From: the human T2T-CHM13v2.0 reference genome, Homo sapiens
DNA: 64,000 nt
Strand: one strand, 5' to 3'
Assembly: GCF_009914755.1 (NCBI RefSeq)
Contig: NC_060927.1
Below, one piece after another: positions 26,666-40,155 of this stretch (positions are counted from its first letter, which is position 1; every line of letters begins with the position of its first letter). A program made the position numbers and the translations under genes. Under the pieces are notes generated by a model that was not told where the DNA came from, searched no databases, and worked only from the letters and a program-made list of their open reading frames with translations.

Positions 26666-27461
26666 TGATATGGAAGATGGGCAGAGAAGTGCTGGGAAGG
26701 GAAGGGCATGGTGCCTGGCTACGGCTCCACCCCCGAGCCTATGGACCTAGGTGAAGACAGGCACTCCTGCCTTCATGCACAAATGTTGCATTTCCCAAGG
26801 CCACCCTGGTCGGCCACACCCTGATCCTGTGCTGTAAATAAACCGGAGACCTTAGTGGGTATGCACACAAGAAGTAGCTGAGCCATTGAGCAGAACACAC
26901 CAGCCGAAGAACACACAAGCAGCTGGACGTCAGGAGCACACTGGCAGGCACCTGCAGGCTGGCAGGCCATCGACCAGCACAACAACATGGAGTTTGGCTG
27001 GGGCAGTTGGAGGGGAGCCCCACTGCTGAGCGGCCTGACTCTAGGGGAAAACCACCTTTCCATTCCATCTCCCTTCAGCTCCCCCATCTGCTGAGAGCTA
27101 CTTCCACTCAATAAAACCTTGCATTCATTCTCCAAGCCCACATGTGATCCGATTCTTCCAGTACACCAAAGCAAGAAACCCTGGGATACAGAAAGCCCTC
27201 TGTCCTTGTGATAAGGCAGGGAGTCTAATAGAGCTGACTAACACAAGCCACCTACAAATGGCAAAACTAAAAGAGCACCCCATAACACATGCCCACTGGG
27301 GCTTCAGGAGCTATAAGTATTCACCCCTAGATGCTGCCTTGGGATGGGAGCCCCACAGCCTGCCCATCTGCCTGCTCCCCCTAGAGGTTTGAGCAGCGGG
27401 GCACTGAAGAAGCGAGCCACACACACCCTGTGAAGGGGACAAGGGAACTTTTCCCATTTCA
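26666..27461 (+). mobile_element. MER50-like (ERV1) solo LTR
   Basis: TGATA...GAAGTGCTGGGAAGGG...GGACCTAGGTGA...AAATGTTGCATTT; internal AATAAA; ends TTTCA. Confidence 0.8.
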
Positions 27462-27544
27462 ATATGGTCTTCTCACTCACCTCCTCCCTCTAGACAGCTC
27501 TCCTGCCTAGGTCTCCATGGCGCTGTTCTACCTAGCTCTCCTGC

Positions 27545-27918
27545 TGCAGGTTGACTCCCCTGGTAAGCTGTCTCTAAGATGGAGATGATCAGGGAGTGCT
27601 CTCAGCATCACTCCGTGGAGGGAGCAGAGGGAAGCAGGACTGGGAGGGAGAAGCTGAATTGTGAAATAGTCTCAGCAAAGGCCTCAGCCAGCTCCACAGG
27701 GACAGGCATTCGGGGCACTGAGTTGGAGCAAAAGAATCAGGTCTTTACACACCCGGTTGATCAGTCGCTGGGGGTGGGCTCCCTGGAAGTAGGCAAGGCT
27801 TTGGGCAAGGTGGTGTTATTTAGCCACGGGCCATTCATTCCAACAGTGTTGCCAGCAGCTGGGGGAATCAGTCCCTCCCCAAAAGGGGATCTAGGCAGCA
27901 CACTACAGTGTCCACAAC
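27545..27918 (-). mobile_element. LTR16-like LTR
   Basis: GGAAGCAGGACTGGGAGGGAGAAGCTGAA...AGGCCTCAGCC motifs. Confidence 0.6.
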
Positions 27919-28667
27919 ACCTTCCTTCTCTCCAGCCGCTCCTTCCCTGGTGTAGGTGACCACTTTCCTCTGGTCTCAGGCTATGGCCTTCTGCTCTTCT
28001 CTATTTACAATCTCTTTTGTAAAACACTAATAAAGTATTTTATTTACACTTCATACAAGAACAGTAACTAGCATTTATTGGGTGCATCCTATGAGTAGAT
28101 GCCAGGCACTGTGCTAGGCACTGCCGATATATTATCTCATTCAAGTTCCCAGAAACCCACTGGCATTAGGGGATATCAAAACTCTTTATCACAGCCAAGG
28201 AAAGTGCCAGAAGAGTCTTCTTAAAAAAACAAAGCAAAATCCTTTTTCTACCATGTCATCTCCCTCCTAGCTCAAGGCCCTTTGATGGCTCCCAATTACT
28301 GTTGGAATAAAAGCCCAGACTCCTAACTCAGCACCCAAAGCCCTCCGAAACCTGTCCTGAGCCTCCCTTTTTACAATTCTTCCTTTTTCCATTCCTGCCA
28401 AACCAAGCCCTTCACTAGGACTTTCAGCTGGCCTGCTCCAACCTGCTCCGAGACTAGCTCGGCTTAGCTCTTAACTATGCCTGTCCCTTCCTTTGACAGT
28501 CATTCATTCACGTATCTGTTTCCTCATTTATTGTAGACCTAACATATACTAGGCTGTGTGTTGGGCATTGGGGATACAATGCTGAACAGACACAGCCTGT
28601 CCTCCGCTTCAGAATCTTAAAATTGTGCAAGAAAGACGAATGTTATTCAAACTTGCCAAATTTTCAG

Positions 28668-28981
28668 TTATTTATTTATTAATTATTATTATTATTTTTT
28701 GAGACAGAGTCTTGCTCTGTCACCCAGGCTGGAGTGCAGTGGAGCAATCTCAGCTCACTGCAACCTCTGCCTCCTGCGTTCAAGCAATCCCCTGCCTCAG
28801 CCTCCCAAGTAGCTGGGATTACAGGTGCCCACCACCACGCCCAGCTAATTTTTGTATTTTTAGTAGATATGGGGTTTCACCATGTTGGCCAGGCTGGTCT
28901 CAAACTCCTGACCTCAGGTGATCCACCCTCCTTGGCCTCCCAAAGAGCTGGGATTACAGGTGTGAGCCACCATGCCCAGCC
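28668..28981 (-). mobile_element. AluS
   Basis: Full antisense Alu. Confidence 0.96.
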
Positions 28982-29413
28982 TCAAATAGTTATTGAATTC
29001 CAGCTTTGACTCAATGCTAAGAGGGGAGCATCAAGGGGTGTTGAAAGCTTAAAAGGGAGCGCTGAGGACCCTTGGTGAGCCAGGTGCTCTTCCAGTGCCC
29101 GTGGATGTGGCTGTGTAACTCAGTCGCTTCCCTGCTTTCTTCGTGGGGCCTAACGTAAGTGTTTCTCCTTTTCAGCTCTCCCCTTTCTCCTCTTAATATC
29201 TACATTGCCTGTTGCCTCAACTACTCAATCCTGTGCAGCTTTGCTTTCTCAATGTAAAGCGCTGTCGTCTCTCAGGTACATTTTGAGTCTTATGAATGAT
29301 AGTTATCACTGATTTGAGGACATATCCTGTGCCAAGCAGTCTCTATGCTCTCACACTGTTCAGCAATTGCAATATCCTCACAACCATCCTTCTTCTTCTT
29401 CTCATGATCCCAT

Positions 29414-29830
29414 TGTCTTAGTCCCGGAGGAAGTAACCCTGAGACAGGGACTCAGAGCACCTGGTTTACTTGGCAGTTTAAAGAAACATGGGCAGGTCAG
29501 TGGGGAGGTCATGGAAGGGAGGGTGTATTATCAGTCAAGTTCACCCTGGGGGAAAACCAGAGCCAAATCCCGCTGGGGAAATTCTGAGAAGTGGCATAGA
29601 ATGCGTCTCAGAATCACCGTACCCAGGGGGTGAAGGAGTTGGGGTGCTTATTCACCAATTCCCACCAGACGCTGGTTGAGGGCTGTGTGTAGGTGGGAAT
29701 GGCACTAATTCCTGGGCACTGCTGGCACCTGCAAGGGCAGGCAAAGTGGGCATCGGCAGCCTGAGAAAGCCCCCAGGGGAAGAAATGGAGGTGCCAGAGT
29801 ACACTGAAGTGGTGAGGACGGAGGGCCTAC
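29414..29830 (-). mobile_element. LTR16-like LTR inside a MIR
   Basis: GAAGTAACCCTGAGACAGGGACTC...; MIR resumes at CCCATATTACAGATAAG. Confidence 0.55.
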
Positions 29831-30081
29831 TACGCCCATATTACAGATAAGTAAACAGAGGCTTCGAGGAGTCAGTCCAAGGTCACATGGCTAGGAACTA
29901 TCAGAGCCAGGATGAACTGAAGTCTTTCTGGCTCTAAAACAACATAAAATGCCCCTTGAGAGGCATTATCTTATCTTAACCTCCAGTAACCCTTACAGCT
30001 CTTTGCACAGGGCTAAGAACCCAGTAAAGAATCCAAAACTGCTTCCTGATTGAGGAGCCTGAACGATGAGGAGCTTCTTAG

Positions 30082-30418
<337 letters not shown>

Positions 30419-30840
30419 TAAATGTGCCTCCCTTCTCCATGATAGCAGGTGCGATCACCTAGTTTCTGAATACATTCATGAGTGTCTCGACCCCTTTTTA
30501 CCTTATCACCTCTTGGACTTGTTTGAAAAGAGGAAAACAGGCCCACAGTCAACGACGGCTTCCTGTCATGAAGCTGAGGCCAGAACTGGAGTTGCTACTC
30601 TTGGTCTTCAGCAAAAATTCAAATGCCCATGCAATCCTTTTTTTCCCCTCCATGAAATTCCCCTAACTCGGTTAAAGAAAAAAAGTCAGTCAATTTACAT
30701 GGTAACAGAAAAGGACAGGGCCTGGTATAAAATATTCCCCCATCTGCACCGGAGGGCACGGCCTACACGCTTCAAGAGCACAGCGGAGGCCCCGGGGATT
30801 TGTTTTTCTTTCCCTGACCCGGGGACTCTGATCTCTCACT

Positions 30841-30853
30841 TAACCTCTGACCT
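30841..30853 (-). promoter_or_regulatory. Candidate DR1 nuclear-receptor element (AGGTCA G AGGTTA)
   Basis: TAACCTCTGACCT on +; motif match only. Confidence 0.3.
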
Positions 30854-32049
30854 CTTCAATTCAGATAACAGGGAACTGGCAGCTGGGTTGGGGGCAGCTC
30901 TGAATGCCACTGGACTCCGCCTGGGTTCATTCTGGCCATGGAGACAGAACAAAGGGAGGTGGCCCTTCCCCGTGAAGCACCCCAGGGCGGCAGGCAGTCC
31001 TGTGGGGGCCCCTGCTCAGGTGCCCACCCCGGGGAGCATAGAGGGTTACCTCATTACAGCTAATGCCATTTAGAGCCTACTTTGTGCGGACAGGAAAAAA
31101 AATTAAAGCAACATCAATACCTTGATTTGACTCCATTTAAAAACTTCAGACTGAAATAGGCCTCAGCAAAGATCCATGCCCCTCCCTGCAGAGAGGCCTT
31201 TTTCCTCCCTACCTTAGGCCTCATTTAAAACAGGGCTATAGTCTGCATTTTAACAGCAGCTATTTAGAGGTGGGTATGAGCCACTTGTTTGAAATTGAAT
31301 CAGCCATTTTTATTAAGCCATATATTTTCATTCTTGCCGGTGACGCTGGGAGACGATTTTCCAGCCTCTCTGTTTTGCTTTCCAGTGTATTTTCATTGGG
31401 AGGAGAGCTGCAAATCCAGGCCCTGCAACCTCCAATTACCCTGCTCCAACCCCATGCTGCTGGGTTGGACCCAACTCTTCACAGCAACCTCAGAAACAAT
31501 GAATTTTAACCCCCGCACCCGCAACACCAAAACAAATTCCTTCCTAAATAAGGAGCCCGTTGGCTCCTTCCTAGCTGAATTCCCAGCCCCCATCTCCCAA
31601 CTCCAGTTTCCAGTTTTGTGGCTGCCGCTGCTCCTGCTTGCTGGTGACTTGGCAGCTCAGCAGTGACCACCCACGGTCGTGCCCCAGGGCTGGATGACTA
31701 CTTAATCTCTGCTAGGAGTTTGGCAAGAGGCTATTCACTGCCTTTAGACAATTAGACATCTCGAGGGACAGACATTTTTTTGGAGCCTCTAGTTCCCAGC
31801 TGCATGTGGGTGGGCCTTTTATTCATTCATTCATTCATTCACTGATACATTCATTCACTCACTTATTTATTCTTTCGTTTATTCATTGATTGCTTTGGAA
31901 CAGCACCTGACACAGAAGGATGACAGCATGTCAGTAGCTGTCATTCATATCCACAGCCAACATTTATCAGGGACCTCCTACTATGTACCAGGAACTGAAG
32001 ATGAAATAAATAAAACCCAGCCTCTGCCTTCGTGAGATCATACTATCAG

Positions 32050-32215
32050 AATGTGGTTTTGCACATTGGGATCACTCGGGGAGCTTTTAAGAAAAGCCTA
32101 TACTAGGCCCCACCCGCAGAGATTCCGATGTGATTAGTCCATGGTGGGGCCAAGGTATCTGCATTTTGTAAAGGCTTCCACATGTTTCTAACGTGCAACC
32201 AGGGCTGAAAGCCAC
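32050..32215. mobile_element. MER5A-like
   Basis: ATCACTCGGGGAGCTTTTAA...AGGCCCCACCCGCAGAGATTCCGAT. Confidence 0.75.
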
Positions 32216-32595
32216 GGCTCAAGAAGGAAGGGCAGATAAGGAGACAGCTCTGCCCCAGGGTGAGGAGGGCAAGAGTAAAGTTCTGTGGATGCAAGGAAAG
32301 ATGGACTCTAACCCTGCCTGAGGTCAGGAAGGCTTTCTAGAGGAAGGAGGCCTGAAGACAGAAGTCAGCATGGGATGGGCCAAGGTACTGGGAAAGGAGA
32401 AAGGGGGAGAAGATTCCAGGAGATGGGAACAGCACAGCAATGGCCTGGGTTGAAGGCAAGCATTGCACGTAGGACAATTTCCGATGATTGCATATGGCTG
32501 GAGTTGTGTGTGAGAGAAGGGAGCAGGGGATGGAGGAGACAGCTGGCCGAGCAACCCTGCTAAGGGACTAACAGGGTGTTTTGTCATCCATGTAA

Positions 32596-33312
<717 letters not shown>

Positions 33313-35011
33313 AGAAAACTCCTTCAGCTGTAGAATGGACTAGAGCGCAGCCAGACAGGAAGCCAGGTGAGAAATGACAATGACTGGATGCAGGGATGTA
33401 TCAGTTTAACTTAGGCTGGGCTCCCCTACACCTTGAGATAGTCTAGAAAAGGAGTCAGAATTGTCCCACCTAAGGAATGAAGAAACTGGTGTATTTGCCC
33501 ACAGACCCCTGTCTGGTGTTGGTCCAGGGCCTCTCCTGGAGGCATCAATGCCCCAGCATCCTGGCCTGCCCACCCCACTCCCACAGGCATGCTCCTGGCC
33601 AAAGCAAGCTCCCTGGCAGAGAATGACAGGCACCTACAAGGACACCATCCCTGGCTGTGGGAACAGTGGTGCCCAGGGCACATGTACAAGGCTGCAGCAG
33701 AGGCTGTGACTAGGTCTTTACCCAGTGATGGAGGGCATGAGAGACTGAGGCCAGGAAGAGGCTGGTGAGTGTGGTGAGATTGACAGGTGCAGATGGAAAT
33801 GAGGAGGCAAGGGTTGCCATCAAAAGGAGGATGGCAACCCTCCAGCACGCTGACTGAGGGCACGAGCAAGTGAAACCTTTAATCCCCAGGGTCAGATCAG
33901 CACAAATACAGCCATGTGCCGGCCAACAACCTTCTGAGCATCCATGCAGGGCAGGATCATGGGATTCTGGTTGTTTGAGCTGCATGGACTTTTGGTTTCC
34001 AGGAGAGAAGAATTTGCAGTATTTGTAGCAGGCTTGGCTTTAGGCACATAAAAAGGCCTTAACAGACTTTAATTCCGGGTCACCCCCACCCACAACCTTG
34101 TGTTCCTCCCTCTCCTCTCCCCATGATGTAATCTCTGATGTAATCCTTGGTATATTTCTGTTCCCTGTCTCTCCTATCCAATCAGCTGCTGTGTTGGTTG
34201 TGAATTATTTGAAGGCAAGAAATCCACTCAAACTAATTCAAGTCCAGGAGGCCAGTTTTGGGGAAGATATGAGAGCTGGGGGAAGAACCGAGGGCAGGAA
34301 ATGTAGCCAGGCTCCCTTTAGGTTCAGAAGCAGAGACCACTAAGACCCCAGGGGTAGAGAAAAGGCTTTTCCTATTTTTTCTGAAGCCACATGGTCTCTC
34401 ATCTCCCCCTCTATCTTTTCATCTGTTCCATCTCTGTCTCATTTTTGTTCCTCTCTGCGACCTCTCTCTGTGTCTCCGGTATTTGTGCTCAGGTGAGCAC
34501 ATGGCCACTCCAACCTGGCATTCTGTGGCCTCTTAGTTTAAGCCAATATAAATAGGCTTCAGTCTTTATGTCTCAGTTCCTAATTCACAAGGGAGAGTAC
34601 TGGATTGGTAAGTATTAGAAGACCCAAATCAAACTGGTTCCAGGAAAAAAAGCAAATTTTTTGCCTCAAGTAACTTAAAAGTCAAGGGTAGGCATCAGGC
34701 ATTGCTGGATCCAGGGGCTTAAGTTCTTTTGTCAGGAATTCTGATGCTCAGCCCTTTTTTGATCTGAGTTGGTTTCATTTTCAGGCAAGTTCCCTCCAGC
34801 TTTAGATCCTCTAGTTTAGCAGTCTCAGTAGAAAGGTGGCTTCTTTCTGCCAGAAGTTCCAATCACATTCCTAGGGTTGACTCTCACTGAGCCAACCCAG
34901 ATCACAGCCCCCTTGCTGAACCAGTTGCTCTGTCCAGTGGATGGAAATGCTGATGGGCCAGACCTGAGTGACACTGCACCCTGAAACCAGATGGACTAAA
35001 AACAGGAGAAT

Positions 35012-35262
35012 GGCCAGGCACGGTGGTTCATGCCTGCTATCCCAGCACTTTGGGAGGCCAAGGTGGGAGGATAGCTTGAGTGGCCAGGAGTTCGAGACCA
35101 GCCCGGGCAACATAGCAAAACCTTGTCTCTACAAAAAATAGAAAAATTAGCTGGGCCCAGTGGTGTGCGCCTGTAGTCCCAGCTACTCAGGAGGCTGAAG
35201 TGGAAGGATCACCTGAGCCTGGGAAGGTCGAGGCTGCAGTGAGGAGCAAAAAAAAAAAAAAA
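35012..35262 (+). mobile_element. AluJ lacking most of the distal right arm
   Basis: GCAGTGAG followed directly by GAGCAAAAAA...; flanks ending in GGAGAAT resemble a TSD. Confidence 0.9.
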
Positions 35263-35527
35263 GCAGGAGGAGAATTTTTCTCCAAAGAAGACTGAGGTGC
35301 TGGTACCAGAAAAAGGAAAAGGAGGCATGGATTTGAGGAGGCAGAAGTAAACAACCAACATGGTCAAGGGGTGACATCACACCCTTCCACCCACCCTAAA
35401 GAGCTCTGAACAAAGCAGGTTTCTTATAACAATATGGGAACCAAAGCAGTCACCACGCTCTCCTGTCAATGTTATCTGAACAATCTCACAGACATCTGCT
35501 TCTTCCTTTCTGTGACTGGGGCACCAG

Positions 35528-35832
35528 CCAGGGCTGACCATCAGCATGTGTGCACTGATATGGCCACCATCGTTGTTAAAGTACTGCACTATTTCCGTCA
35601 CCTGTTGGTAAATATCCACCGGCCTGAGTCCCTGGCTTCCCCCACCTAGGCCACTCAGGCCCTCTTTTGAATCCCACAGATTGCCACAGGCTAGCCACTG
35701 AAGGGTTAATGCTGAGTGCAGCAGGGGCCTCCAAGACCCTGACCCAGCCGCTTCTGATTGGTTGATGCTCATGACCTACCAGTTGTCTCATTGATCTGGT
35801 ACCAGTAGTTAAATATTTTGAATATCACCCTG
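35528..35832. mobile_element. MER63-like (hAT-Blackjack)
   Basis: Terminal GTTAAATATTTTGAATATCACCCTG. Confidence 0.65.
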
Positions 35833-38434
35833 GCTGGCAACAGTTTCCTATCTACTCTCCTTCATTCCCCTCCATCCCTCGACTCCCACAGTCTTCCTTC
35901 ACACAGCCTTCTTAAACTCTGATCTGCACTACTCACTGGCCTCCTCATCATTCTCCCCTGCATCAGGTCCTGACTCCTTCGTAGGTCTCCAGCTGCCCCT
36001 GTGAGCTGGTCCCAAATGCCTTTTCAGCCTCACCTTCCCACCCACCTCCCACCCAAATGGCTTGCTTTTCCAAATACGCATGCCTCCTCATGCTTCTCTG
36101 CCTTTGCCCAAGCTGTTCCCTTTTTCTGATATTCTTTACCCACATATTTATGGAGGGCCTACTGTGTATGTGTCAGGTGCTGGCTTGGAGGAATAGACTG
36201 AGCAGGGAAGGTGGAGACAAAAAAGACAGACAGATGTTGTGAAATGTCTCCAGTGGAGAAGCTCAGCCTGGAAGCAGAAAGGGGCACTTAACCCCAGGTC
36301 CCAGGAGCTCCCTGAAGGAGGATTCCTGGAGGATGAGTAAGAGGCCAGGAGGTCTGGGGCACAGCAATGAAGTCAAGGAAGCCAGCCTGCCATGCTGTGA
36401 TTCCAGGGGTCCAGCAATCTGCTTCAATGTGCCCGATGTCTGAGCACACCTCCCGTTTGCTGAGCGCTTTCCATGTGCCGGGCACTTGCTGAGCTTTCCA
36501 TGCTTGATCTCACTCAGTCCTCACCACCACCCTGCGAGGTGAGGCTGTGCAGAAAATGCAGCTCAGAGAGAAGACTCACACAGCTTGTGAGCAGCAGACC
36601 TGCCATCTAAGCCCAGGCTCCCTAGACACTCTGTTCACCCCTCACCCCATTCCCATGCCCCCTGTTTTAGGGCAGAGCACCTGCTCCACCACCCATCATT
36701 AGCAAGCTGGGCCTAAGAAGAATAATCTGGCTTCCCCACAGTGCTCGGTCCACAAAGACAATCCTAGACGTGGAAAAGCAGGGAGGGGGTGGCAAGCCCT
36801 GCTCTTGGCCACTAACAAGCTGATATTTGATGTGGTTCAGCAGGTGACCTGCCTCCTTGGCTCAGTTGCGCAAAAAATGGGGATAAAAATATCTTGGGGC
36901 ACTAAACAGGATAATACATAGAAAGCCATTAAACGTGAGCCACTATGTCACCTACTCTTTCAGGACCAGATGAGAAAATGGGATAAGAAGGAAAACAAGG
37001 ACTCATGCTTAGGTACCCTGGGCACAATTCCTTCCTTCCCAGACAGGGAGGGAGCCTGACTACATACCTCCTCTCTCTCTGCAATCAAACACATCTGGGT
37101 TGGCCTATCTGCTGTGTGATTTTGGGTAAGTCACTTAACTTCTCTGAACTTTCCTACCTTCACAATAGAGATCATTATGGGGCTCTGCCTTCATTCACTC
37201 AGCAAGCCACATGCAGCAACTACTATTTGCCAGGCATGGTAGTAGGAGCTGATGATGTAAGCAAGACAAGCCCCTGCACTCATGGAGTTTATATTCTAAG
37301 GGGAAATACAGACCAACACACACATGCACCCACACACAGTCAGGCTTTCAAATAGTGATAAGCATTCGGAAGAAAATAAAACAGGACAATGGTGCAGGAA
37401 GGAGGAGGCTGCCCGTGACAAAGTGGTCGGGGGGCGCTGTCTGTGAAGGTAACCTGGGATCTGATACCCAGTTGGAGGGGAGAAACCTGGCAGACAAAGA
37501 TCTGGGGAAGAGCTGTTCAGCCAACAGGAGCAGCAAGTACAGAAGCCCTGGGGCATGAAGGAACTTGGTCTATTTTAGGTATAGAGAAAGCCCAGTGGGG
37601 CTGGAGTGTGCCAATCAGAGTGAGGGAGAATGGCAGGAATGTGGGGAAAATTCAAGATGAGGCCCTGAAAGGACTTACATGGGCCTCTGACCCATGCCAA
37701 GGGCTCCATGCAATGTCAGCTACTTTGCCTGTGCTGTCCTCCCACGGGGCAGCAGGTTGGCTCATGCCAGGGAGTCACTGGCCACCAGAAGGCTGCTGCT
37801 TATACACAGGCAAATACGGTAATTCTTTTCCTCCACCTCCCAGCAGTAGCAGCAGCAGCAGGGATATGAATTGATTGTCAGAAGCTGTTTAAGGGCCTGT
37901 GATTGAGGAGATGATCTGAGGTAAGCTGCTCCAGTGAAATAAAGGCCAACAGCTGCCTGGTTCCACATCAGCGCTGCGCTTTTCTAAAAGGCAGCTTTGC
38001 CTTCCAGCACCCACCCCCACTCCACCCCCAGGAGGCGGGGAGCTCTCCCTTCATACTCTGGGGGAGGGAGATCCTATTTAGTGACAGATGAGATGTTGGG
38101 GACTAAACCCGAGGGCGTTGAGAAGTGTAATGGCTGTGGCTGAATATGTCAGTTTCCTGTTCTTTGTGGGTGGGGTCTCAATTATGAATAAGAATTTCAT
38201 GGAAATTTTGGGATTGAAAGGAAGGAGGGATTCGGGGAGAATCAGTCCCATCTCAAATTAAAATCTGTGCATTCCTGGGCTTTCAAGTGTAGCACTTTAC
38301 ACAGAATCAATTTTTTCATCTGAAATACGCATTCATCCATCTATTAATTTATTCGTTTACTTATTCACTCCTTTAACAAATATAAAATGCATAAGAGCTT
38401 GGGCTTTAATCACTGGATTTTTTAATATTTTAAA

Positions 38435-38560
38435 ATTATTTTTCTAGAGACAGAGTCTTGCTATGTTGCCCAGACAGGACTCAAACTCCTGAGTCCAAGG
38501 GATCCTCCCGCCTCAGCCTCCCAAGTAGCTGGGACTACAGGTGTGTGCCACCATGCCCGG
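38435..38560 (-). mobile_element. FLAM inside a MIR
   Basis: Antisense monomer; MIR core CCTCTCTGAGCC follows. Confidence 0.85.
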
Positions 38561-39019
38561 TTTGACAGATAGATTTAACGGGTTTGGCTACTTACTAGCT
38601 ATGTGGCCTCAGGCAATTCACCTCACCTCTCTGAGCCCCGGGATACTCATACCTACCTCACAAGACTATTTGAGGATTATCCAGATAATGCTCACTAGGG
38701 ACTGAGCCCAGTGCCTGGCACCGGCAAGTGACCATTCGCTACAGTGTACCAGAGAGCAAAAGAGGTGCCACAAGGTTACAAAATGAAATCAGACAAAGCC
38801 CGTTTAGGAGCTCACAGTCCAGGATGTAAATAACCATGCCATGAGGAGCATATCTTAAATGTTCTAAGAGGCACAGAAAAAGTGACATGGCAAAAGATTT
38901 CTTCCTGTTAAAAAAAAATGAGGAAGACTCAAGAGGGAATTGGAAGTGACATTCGAGCTGAGCCTTAAAGGGTGGGTAAGGAGACCAGGGGGCGAGGCAA
39001 ACAAAGGCACATTCCTAGA

Positions 39020-39170
39020 ACCTTGCGAAGTGTGGTTCATGGACGAGCAGCACCTGCTTCACCCGGGAGCTTGCTCAAAATACAGATTCTCAGTCCCACC
39101 CAGACCCACTGGATCAGAATCTGCATTCGAACAACTGGGAGGTTTGGGTGCAGATGAAAGTCTGAGGAGC
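39020..39170. mobile_element. MER5A-like
   Basis: AAGTGTGGTTCATGGAC...CACCCGGGAGCTTG...ATCAGAATCTGCATT. Confidence 0.75.
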
Positions 39171-39779
39171 TCAGGACAGATGATCTCTGCTATCTCTGAG
39201 AAATGCCTTTGTGGCAAAGGAAGGAAGGAAGAAGAGATAACCTCCCCATGTGTTTGGGCCAATGACAAGGTCATATAGATGTGCCCACCCTGGGACCTTG
39301 GCCGGGGCGCCCCAGAACCAGAGGCCTCCAGGTGTGCAGGGAGCAGATACCCAGAGACTAATCTGCAGGGAAGGTCAGGCACCTGGGTGGCAGATGTTGC
39401 AGGGCAAAATGTTCTCTGAAGCCTCAGTTGAGCCTGTTGGCTCAGGGGACGGGACTGCAGTCCTGGCCACTTATCCATTCAATTCACTCATTCTACAAAT
39501 ACATACCGGGCACCTTTGTGAGCCAGGTACCAGCCAAGTTCTGCGTCTAGCAATGTCATGAGCCCTCAGGCAAGCCCCTCTTCCTCAGTTCTCAGTTTCT
39601 CCATTTTTCAGGTCTGGGTTGGTGTGCTTTCTATAATGCCTGAAGTCACCTCCACCCCATTTTCTGATTCCCCCTGTCCCTTTCTTTCCCAGTGTTTCCT
39701 TCTTTTCTCTATTCTCCTCTCTGCACTATTCCTCACATTGGTTTCCATCCGCACAATATGGAAAATCCCAGCACCTCTC

Positions 39780-40155
39780 TTTCTTAGACCGAGTTCCCAG
39801 AAGCAGAGTGGGAAATGAGGGTTCGTGTGAAAGTGACTTATTAGGAAGTGGGGTGATAGAACTGGGGAACAAGGAGACAAATAGAGGGTACTTTTGTCTC
39901 CATCCTGCAGGGGAGTGCTGGGGACAGTGTGGCTTGAGCCTCAGAGCTGTCCCCACTGGGAAGATCAGGGTGAGGGAGCTGAGTAGACCATAAATTCCCA
40001 GGCACTTCCACTCTCCACTGGCTGCAGCAGCCTGAGGACAGCCCCCTCGACAGAGACTCAGGTGCAGGCTAGCAGGAGTGAGAGCTGGCCTTTCTGAAAA
40101 CGGCAAAGGGACCCCAGGGTGGAGCGCAGGGGATGCGCTCACAGCATCCACTACA
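39780..40155 (-). mobile_element. LTR16-like LTR
   Basis: GAGTTCCCAGAAGCAGAG...AAGTGACTTATTAGGAAGTG. Confidence 0.55.

Noticed and set aside
30513-31073. 186-aa ORF
   Set aside because: Non-ATG start, no recognisable domain, no exon structure
31820-31890. (ATTC)n run
   Set aside because: Typical L2 tail; ordinary
37782-37796. CCACCAGAAGGCTG CTCF-like motif
   Set aside because: Mismatches at informative core positions; cannot be supported
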